Virus record (IMG/VR): IMGVR_UViG_3300033562_000573 | Coordinates: 5,287 to 69,286 of that record | Source of the DNA: a virus | Taxonomy: Duplodnaviria; Caudoviricetes | DNA length: 64,000 nucleotides | Reading direction: 5' to 3' (one strand) | Shown here: piece by piece, positions 58,664 to 64,000 of the stretch | Numbering within the stretch: position 1 is the first letter of the stretch | Layout of the letters: each line of letters starts with the position of its first letter | The notes under the pieces: model-generated | Told to the model about the DNA's origin: nothing | The model's input: the letters and a program-made list of their open reading frames with translations, nothing else | Databases searched by the model: none | Translations under genes and position numbers: made by a program

Positions 58664-59017
58664 ATGTTTAGATTCACCGAACTTTCTGAAACCAATAACT
58701 TCCGAATTATTCAAGTAGATTACTATCAAACTAATGGGTTCTCTGGTCCCGATACCAACTATAGCTATGCTATCATGTTTGACAGTGAATTGAATAAGTG
58801 GGTAAAGTATCATGGTGATATGAAAACAATAATTCAATTCATGCATCAATCAAGGGATGTGATCTATTCCACACTTAACAACTATACGCAACATTTGGTA
58901 AGTGATTACCTTGACTCTCGTTTATCGGAGTATTCCAAAGATTATGAAATGCGTTGGCTTAATAACATTTGTTTGCCTCATATTGGACAAGGTTGGACAA
59001 ACGAATGGAAACGGTAA
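58664..59017 (+). CDS. Early-module hypothetical protein
   Basis: Element + AAAGGAG RBS. Confidence 0.7.
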   Translation: MFRFTELSETNNFRIIQVDYYQTNGFSGPDTNYSYAIMFDSELNKWVKYHGDMKTIIQFMHQSRDVIYSTLNNYTQHLVSDYLDSRLSEYSKDYEMRWLNNICLPHIGQGWTNEWKR

Positions 59018-59072
59018 TTTTACTTTGATGCTTATAGTATAGTATCAAAAGAAACCAACAAAGGAGTTAATC

Positions 59073-59468
59073 ATGGCAACTGCAAATTTCAAAGTCATTA
59101 TTGATATGAACATCGAACTTCCCGAAGGTGATACCGAAATCACCGAAAAAGAAAAGTGTGCAATTCTTGATCGCATTCATGGTTATCTCACTGATATTGG
59201 AACAACTAGCGACGATTATGAAGGTTGCCTTGCGGGTTCTATTACCCCTCTTGGAAGTGAGTTTGAATTGGTTGTTACCGAATATCCACAGAATCCAGAA
59301 ATCTGTTTATCCCTATCGGAAGGGATTGTGCAGGGTGCTCGTGCTAATGTCCCTATCAAGGTTGATATCTTTGATATGGATGACAAGAAAGCAGAAGGCA
59401 AGAATGGCAAGGAAATCTTTGCTGAATGGTGCGTGGTTGAAAGCAAACTTTCTATTCCTGTGTTCTAA
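59073..59468 (+). CDS. Acidic early-module protein
   Basis: Element + AAAGGAG RBS + terminator. Confidence 0.7.
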   Translation: MATANFKVIIDMNIELPEGDTEITEKEKCAILDRIHGYLTDIGTTSDDYEGCLAGSITPLGSEFELVVTEYPQNPEICLSLSEGIVQGARANVPIKVDIFDMDDKKAEGKNGKEIFAEWCVVESKLSIPVF

Positions 59469-59538
59469 ACAAAAGTCCCTTAAATGGGACTTTTTTACTT
59501 TGGTGCTTATAGTATAGTATCAAACAAAGGAGTTCAAA

Positions 59539-59859
59539 ATGAAAACAGCATTCCAAGTCATTGAAAAGTCTATCAAGAATAGTTCCATGAGACTTACAGC
59601 TATTGCAGAAAATTCTGTTGATGAAGTTCGTCTATATGCAACCGATGGTGCAGGTCTTACTATCATGGTGGAATATGATCGCATCCATCCCGAAGATTGT
59701 TCTATTGAAGGTGATGACAATCATTCTCGCTTGGTTATTACTGATGAATGCAGTGAAGGTAACTTTGCTATCCTGATTCCAAAGCGTGGTAATATGCGTT
59801 CCCTTTCCGCTTGTATGCGCATGGGAATGGATAACATCATTGAAAATGCAGAGGCTTAA
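59539..59859 (+). CDS. Early-module hypothetical protein
   Basis: Element + AAAGGAG RBS. Confidence 0.7.
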   Translation: MKTAFQVIEKSIKNSSMRLTAIAENSVDEVRLYATDGAGLTIMVEYDRIHPEDCSIEGDDNHSRLVITDECSEGNFAILIPKRGNMRSLSACMRMGMDNIIENAEA

Positions 59860-59861
59860 TT

Positions 59862-60104
59862 ATGAATAAGGATGAATTGATACCTATGTGTTGTTTGGCT
59901 CTTGGTATTGCCATTGGTGGATTTTCTGTCATGGGCGATACCAAACAAGACAAGCAATCATCACCTTACTTTGTAGTGACTGATATGGTGCAATGTAAGG
60001 GAAACATTTGCAATGCAGTCCTTACTATGGATGATATTGCAATCCTTGTTCCTTATGATTCCTCAACGGTTCATGTAGGTGATAAGTTATACTTGGTGAA
60101 ATAA
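59862..60104 (+). CDS. Small membrane-anchored protein
   Basis: N-terminal hydrophobic segment; coupled to the upstream ORF. Confidence 0.6.
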   Translation: MNKDELIPMCCLALGIAIGGFSVMGDTKQDKQSSPYFVVTDMVQCKGNICNAVLTMDDIAILVPYDSSTVHVGDKLYLVK

Positions 60105-60148
60105 TTTTTACTTTGATGCTTATAGTATAGTATCAAAAGGAGATCAAA

Positions 60149-60430
60149 ATGGAAAAGACTACTCTCATCGTTCTAATCGCAATTCGCCCAAGTACATCAT
60201 ATACAACTGATGTTCGTAAAATCTGCAATGAAATTGAAGGAATTGAAATTCAAGTTCCTAATCACATTGTGAAGGCAGGTGAATTTGTACATACTCATAT
60301 TCGCAATGAATATCCAACACTTGCCTATGATGATGTACAAGTATATGGATTGGGTGATTTCATGGCATTGAATAATGATGAAGAATATCATGCTGATGAG
60401 TGGTTTATGAGCTACGTATTCAGTAAGTAA
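60149..60430 (+). CDS. Early-module hypothetical protein
   Basis: Element + AAAGGAG RBS. Confidence 0.7.
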   Translation: MEKTTLIVLIAIRPSTSYTTDVRKICNEIEGIEIQVPNHIVKAGEFVHTHIRNEYPTLAYDDVQVYGLGDFMALNNDEEYHADEWFMSYVFSK

Positions 60431-60484
60431 TTTTACTTTGGTGCTTATAGTATAACAGAGACAAATAAACAAACGGAGAACACA

Positions 60485-60769
60485 ATGCAGAAGAAAGAAG
60501 TGATTGACCCTCGTATCGTTGCAAAGAATCAACAGGAAGCCAAGAATGGTATCAAGGGATTTGGTGTAAATCCACAAGAAATTGCCAAGCTCAAGAAGGC
60601 AATTCTCACACTTGGTAAGAATGGTGAAGTGAGTGCAGTATATGACAAGTTCAATTCTGCTGTGAAGAAGTTCCCTATCATTGGTAAATACAGGTGGTGT
60701 AAGGGTTGTGAAGCCGATACCCCAAACATTGATGGTGATTGTGCCATTTGTGGGAAGTTCTATAAGTAA
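60485..60769 (+). CDS. Early-module protein with C-terminal zinc ribbon
   Basis: WCKGC...DCAICG; element + GGAG RBS. Confidence 0.7.
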   Translation: MQKKEVIDPRIVAKNQQEAKNGIKGFGVNPQEIAKLKKAILTLGKNGEVSAVYDKFNSAVKKFPIIGKYRWCKGCEADTPNIDGDCAICGKFYK

Positions 60770-60944
60770 TAAATCATCCATCATCTAGAAATAGGTGATG
60801 GATTTTTTGTACCTGGTCGAAACTTTTTACTTTGGTGCTTATATAAGTATGATGTCAAAAGTGAAAACATAATGGTGTATGTATGCTTTTTTACTTTGAT
60901 GCTTATAGTATAGTAGGAAAAGAAACCAAACAAAGGAGTTAATC

Positions 60945-61271
60945 ATGGTTACAATTACTCTCACTCTCAATATCAATGAAGAAGAACTTCGCAACATTCG
61001 CAATGCTCTTACCACATTGCAAGGAAAGGATGTGTTGAATGAGTTGGAAGCCGAAGCCGTGGAAGGCTTACTCACCCTCACTGATACTATCAAGGATGCT
61101 GTGGACAATGTACAGGACGATTCCAAGTGTCCTGAATGTGGTGCAACCGATGAAGTTGAATGGGGTTCTACTTTGGTGGACGGTGGTAGTGCAGGGCAAG
61201 AAGCTACCTGCAATAAGTGTGGATGTCATTGGAACAATCTTTACTACTTTACAAAGGTAGAAATCTTGTAA
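60945..61271 (+). CDS. Early-module protein with C-terminal zinc ribbon
   Basis: CPECG...CNKCG; element + AAAGGAG RBS. Confidence 0.7.
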   Translation: MVTITLTLNINEEELRNIRNALTTLQGKDVLNELEAEAVEGLLTLTDTIKDAVDNVQDDSKCPECGATDEVEWGSTLVDGGSAGQEATCNKCGCHWNNLYYFTKVEIL

Positions 61272-61276
61272 AATCA

Positions 61277-61305
61277 TTGACAAGAACGATTGAAATTTCT
61301 ATATT
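61277..61305 (+). promoter_or_regulatory. sigma70-type promoter for tRNA-Lys
   Basis: TTGACA-N17-TATATT. Confidence 0.7.
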
Positions 61306-61371
61306 AGTATTCTAGGGAAATGAGTTGGTAACAAGTCGCTTGCGTCATGGAAACAAATCAGAGTACCTTAT

Positions 61372-61444
61372 GAGATTGTAGCTCAGTTGGTAGAGCAGTT
61401 GACTTTTAATCAACGGGTCGAGCGTTCAAATCGCTCCAGTCTTA
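61372..61444 (+). tRNA. tRNA-Lys(UUU)
   Basis: GTTGA-CTTTTAA-TCAAC; GAGCG-TTCAAAT-CGCTC. Confidence 0.92.
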
Positions 61445-61596
61445 TTCTCCCAATGCTCCCTAGAGAGGTTTAGTGATTTACGCTCTAGGGAGCATTGACA
61501 CGATTCTATTTAATCAACGGGTCGAGCGTTCAAATCGATCCAGTCTCATTCTCCCAATGCTCCCTAGAGAGGTTTAGTGATTTACTCTCTAGGGAG
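61405..61596 (+). repeat. Direct repeat (~88 bp, period 104) of the tRNA-Lys 3' half plus downstream hairpin
   Basis: 61405-61492 vs 61509-61596, three mismatches seen. Confidence 0.85.
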
Positions 61597-61657
61597 TATT
61601 TTTTTTATTTTTTACTTTCGTGCTTATATAGATACAGAAACAACAAAGGAGTTTAAT

Positions 61658-61996
61658 ATGAAGCGTCCAGCTAATTATTGGGAACTTGTTAAGAAATATT
61701 ATCCAGATTATAATACATGCAATCGAATTAAATTGACAGTTAAATTATTTACAATGATTCGAGACAAGAAGCAAATCACTGATGATGGTGATATGTTTAT
61801 ATTTGGTAAATTTACTACTTCCGAATATTTTGCGATGCTAGAAATCACAAATGAAAATATGTCATCATACTATGATGCATCATGCGATTATATTTATCGT
61901 GTTACATTAGATTCTATGCTGACGAAACTAGCTGAAAATATGGATAATGACAAGATTGATGTATTTGATATTGACTATATGTTAGATAATGTGTAA
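61658..61996 (+). CDS. Early-module hypothetical protein
   Basis: Variant element + AAAGGAG RBS. Confidence 0.65.
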   Translation: MKRPANYWELVKKYYPDYNTCNRIKLTVKLFTMIRDKKQITDDGDMFIFGKFTTSEYFAMLEITNENMSSYYDASCDYIYRVTLDSMLTKLAENMDNDKIDVFDIDYMLDNV

Positions 61997-62047
61997 TGCG
62001 TTAATTTTTACTTTCGTGCTTATAGTATAGTATCAAAAGGAGATTAT

Positions 62048-62299
62048 ATGGTAGACAAGGAAATCAAAGCAAGAGAATCTATGATGGCACAATTGCTTGT
62101 ACTTCAAGCTCGTGTTGCATATCGTCAAACTCGTATCTTGAGTGGATTCTATAAGGGTCGTGAGGTTCGTATTGGTGGGCATGACGGTCGTTTACTCACC
62201 GAAGATGAACTGCTCAAGGATGAATTCCAAGTCATGGAAGCACATATCAAATTGATGCAAGATATTCAAGATGACCTTGCACCATCGGAGAATGACTAA
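62048..62299 (+). CDS. Early-module hypothetical protein
   Basis: Element + AAAGGAG RBS. Confidence 0.7.
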   Translation: MVDKEIKARESMMAQLLVLQARVAYRQTRILSGFYKGREVRIGGHDGRLLTEDELLKDEFQVMEAHIKLMQDIQDDLAPSEND

Positions 62300-62628
62300 T
62301 GAGCCAAGTTGATATTATCCTTGCTCGGTGCAAGATTGGTCAAGCTATTCTTGACAAGCTGATGACCATGAGAGATAGCGAAATCAAGGACTTTCTACAT
62401 AAGGTAGTAATATCCAAGAACATTCATGATATTATCTGGGATGGCTCTGTAATCCGTACAATTCAAAATGAAATAGTACAGAGTATTGAACTATGTTACT
62501 TTGATCGCATTGAAGTGTGTGCAAATGGTATCAAGCACATTCCCGAACATCGGGATTCTGAATTCTTGATCCTGTTTGATGATAACTTTATCACAACCTC
62601 AATCAAGCGTGAATTGGGTATTGAGTAA
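62299..62628 (+). CDS. Hypothetical protein
   Basis: TAATG-coupled to the upstream ORF. Confidence 0.65.
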   Translation: MSQVDIILARCKIGQAILDKLMTMRDSEIKDFLHKVVISKNIHDIIWDGSVIRTIQNEIVQSIELCYFDRIEVCANGIKHIPEHRDSEFLILFDDNFITTSIKRELGIE

Positions 62629-62671
62629 CTTTTTACTTTGATGCTTATAGTATAGTATCAAAGGAGAGTAT

Positions 62672-62863
62672 ATGACACTGAATGAAGTAAGTCAATTGCG
62701 TGTGGGATCAACACTGCTTACTAAGGATGGTAAACAATGCCACCTTGTATTGCCTACCGATTATCCACACTCAATAAGGGAATCCCCTAATGGTACTAAA
62801 TATGTTCCATTGACTACTACAATCGGTTCTATGTATCCTTCAAACCAACTAACAAAGGTGTAA
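62672..62863 (+). CDS. Early-module hypothetical protein
   Basis: Element + AAAGGAG RBS. Confidence 0.65.
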   Translation: MTLNEVSQLRVGSTLLTKDGKQCHLVLPTDYPHSIRESPNGTKYVPLTTTIGSMYPSNQLTKV

Positions 62864-62865
62864 AC

Positions 62866-63075
62866 ATGACTTGGAAACCGATTGCAGAACTACCACAAGA
62901 CTACCAAACCAACCGCAGAATGTTTGTGGTGATTGGTATCAATGTTCACCCTGTATCACCAGAACACAAGTACACTACTGATCCTGTATGTGTATGGATG
63001 GATGATGGTGCGTTTATTCGTTGGGAATGGGAATTCAAACCAACCCACTTCTACGAAATCCCCAATACTCGATAA
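62866..63075 (+). CDS. Small hypothetical protein (MTWKPI...P...W...PTHF type)
   Basis: AAAGG RBS; common phage small-domain pattern. Confidence 0.6.
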   Translation: MTWKPIAELPQDYQTNRRMFVVIGINVHPVSPEHKYTTDPVCVWMDDGAFIRWEWEFKPTHFYEIPNTR

Positions 63076-63252
63076 TATTTTTACTTTGATGCTTATATAA
63101 GTATGATACTCAAACTCAAATCTATCAACATTCTATCAACATGATACATTTTTACTTTAGTGCTTATATATAAATGTAAAAGAAGTTAAAAGGGAAACCA
63201 TGAATGGTTCTATCTTTTACTTTGATGCTTATATGTAACTAAGGAGAACTTT

Positions 63253-63849
63253 ATGTACAACGAAACTGATCTTGACATTCGCAATCGTGACAATGTTCGC
63301 AACAATGGCGAAGTATTCACACCTACTAAAATCGTAGATGATATGAACGCATTGATTCCTGATTCCGCTTGGAAAGATTCTTCTTATGTATTCATTGAAC
63401 CCACTTGTGGTAATGGTCAGTTCCTTGTCCGTATATTTGAAAAGCGTATCGCTAATGGTCTATCCATTGAAGAAGCATTGAATACCATGATCGGCATGGA
63501 TATTACCAATGACAACATTCTAGATAGTCATAAGCGTTTGTTTGAACTTGCTTGCAATGCTATGATTGAACAAGGCATTAAACCTAAGTCTAAAGAATGG
63601 TTTGAAAATGCTGTACGATTTGTTGCCATTGTTCGCAATAACATTTTTCTAGTGAAAGATTCTTTGAAGGTTATGGCTGATTATGGTAAAGGTTCTGGTG
63701 ATCTAACTAAGAAAAAATTTGTTTTTTCTGATCCTACTGGAAATAAACAAACTATGAAACCTTCTGATAGGGATGCTAAAATTTTGGTTATCCAAAAAGC
63801 ATTCAAGGATCATAAGAACACAAAAACCCTTTCACCTTTCTTTAAATAA
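63253..63849 (+). CDS. Amino-methyltransferase-like SAM-binding fragment (Eco57I-like N-terminus)
   Basis: GEVFTP, FIEPTCGNGQFL, GMDI; no NPPY/DPPY catalytic motif seen. Confidence 0.65.
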   Translation: MYNETDLDIRNRDNVRNNGEVFTPTKIVDDMNALIPDSAWKDSSYVFIEPTCGNGQFLVRIFEKRIANGLSIEEALNTMIGMDITNDNILDSHKRLFELACNAMIEQGIKPKSKEWFENAVRFVAIVRNNIFLVKDSLKVMADYGKGSGDLTKKKFVFSDPTGNKQTMKPSDRDAKILVIQKAFKDHKNTKTLSPFFK

Positions 63850-63878
63850 TTTTTTTTATTTTTTCGGAGAACTTGATT

Positions 63879-64000
63879 ATGCTTACTGAAAAAGATTTAG
63901 AAATATTCAACGCAATGCCCACTTTTGCCGATGGTCGCAAGCGTCTTATTGAAATGACTACAATCAAGCATGAGAATAACTGGCAAGATGTGGCTACTCC
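63879..64000 (+). CDS. Partial ORF running off the window
   Basis: GGAG RBS, ATG, open to the end. Confidence 0.5.
   Translation, partial: MLTEKDLEIFNAMPTFADGRKRLIEMTTIKHENNWQDVAT

Larger units (their letters stand above)
47683..63235. repeat. Dispersed 19-bp element TTTTACTTTGRTGCTTATA, about 48 forward and 6 reverse copies; putative early promoter core
   Basis: Manual count; most copies continue GTATAGTA and lie 15-40 nt before an RBS and ATG. Confidence 0.9.

Noticed and set aside
48184-61283. ORF-track peptides containing LLYYKHQSK, FYFGAYSIV or starting MVLI
   Set aside because: These are translations of the repeat element; real starts lie downstream at RBS-linked ATGs, and the minus-strand ORFs are shadows.
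47683-63235. CRISPR array reading of the repeated element
   Set aside because: Spacing is irregular (55 to over 600 bp), the intervening sequences are whole genes with RBSs, the repeat is not palindromic, and no cas genes are present.
47683-63235. True integron (attC cassettes)
   Set aside because: No tyrosine integrase in the window and no attC-like imperfect palindromes with RYYYAAC/GTTRRRY ends; only the layout is analogous.
1-64000. Alternative genetic code (stop-codon reassignment)
   Set aside because: Long conserved genes are intact in code 11; TGA ends the ligase and thyA and TAG ends 33951-34253 at sensible places; no suppressor tRNA seen. The breaks found are frameshifts, not in-frame stops.

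Overview
AT-rich segment of a large lytic (jumbo, T4-like logic) phage genome in standard genetic code, with no rRNA or host housekeeping context. Left to right: (1) a tRNA array at 1.25-6.6 kb (15 canonical-looking tRNAs, two tRNA-like RNAs with large inserts, several structured spacers, three homing-endonuclease genes). It is preceded by a sigma70 promoter, a 31-aa leader peptide and a terminator/antiterminator, and the leader is built almost entirely from the amino acids whose tRNAs lie downstream. (2) Glycosyltransferases and a class II ribonucleotide reductase. (3) A GC-rich insert carrying a Tad1-like anti-Thoeris sponge, next to a complete deamidating NAD+ salvage cluster (pncB, Gln-dependent nadE, pncA, nadD) plus an NrtR regulator. 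(4) Nucleotide/RNA metabolism and lysis genes: gmk, Rnl1-like ligase, nucleotidyltransferase, holin/endolysin, dCMP deaminase, intein-containing phoH, Nudix, thyA, a sigma70-family factor, CYTH and a phosphoesterase. Several late genes share a capsid-targeting-like N-terminus. (5) From 47.7 kb to the end, an array of about 40 small genes, nearly each with its own copy of a 19-bp element TTTTACTTTGRTGCTTATA (about 50 copies by manual count) and many with a terminator. All family calls come from motif recognition by eye; no database searches were run.
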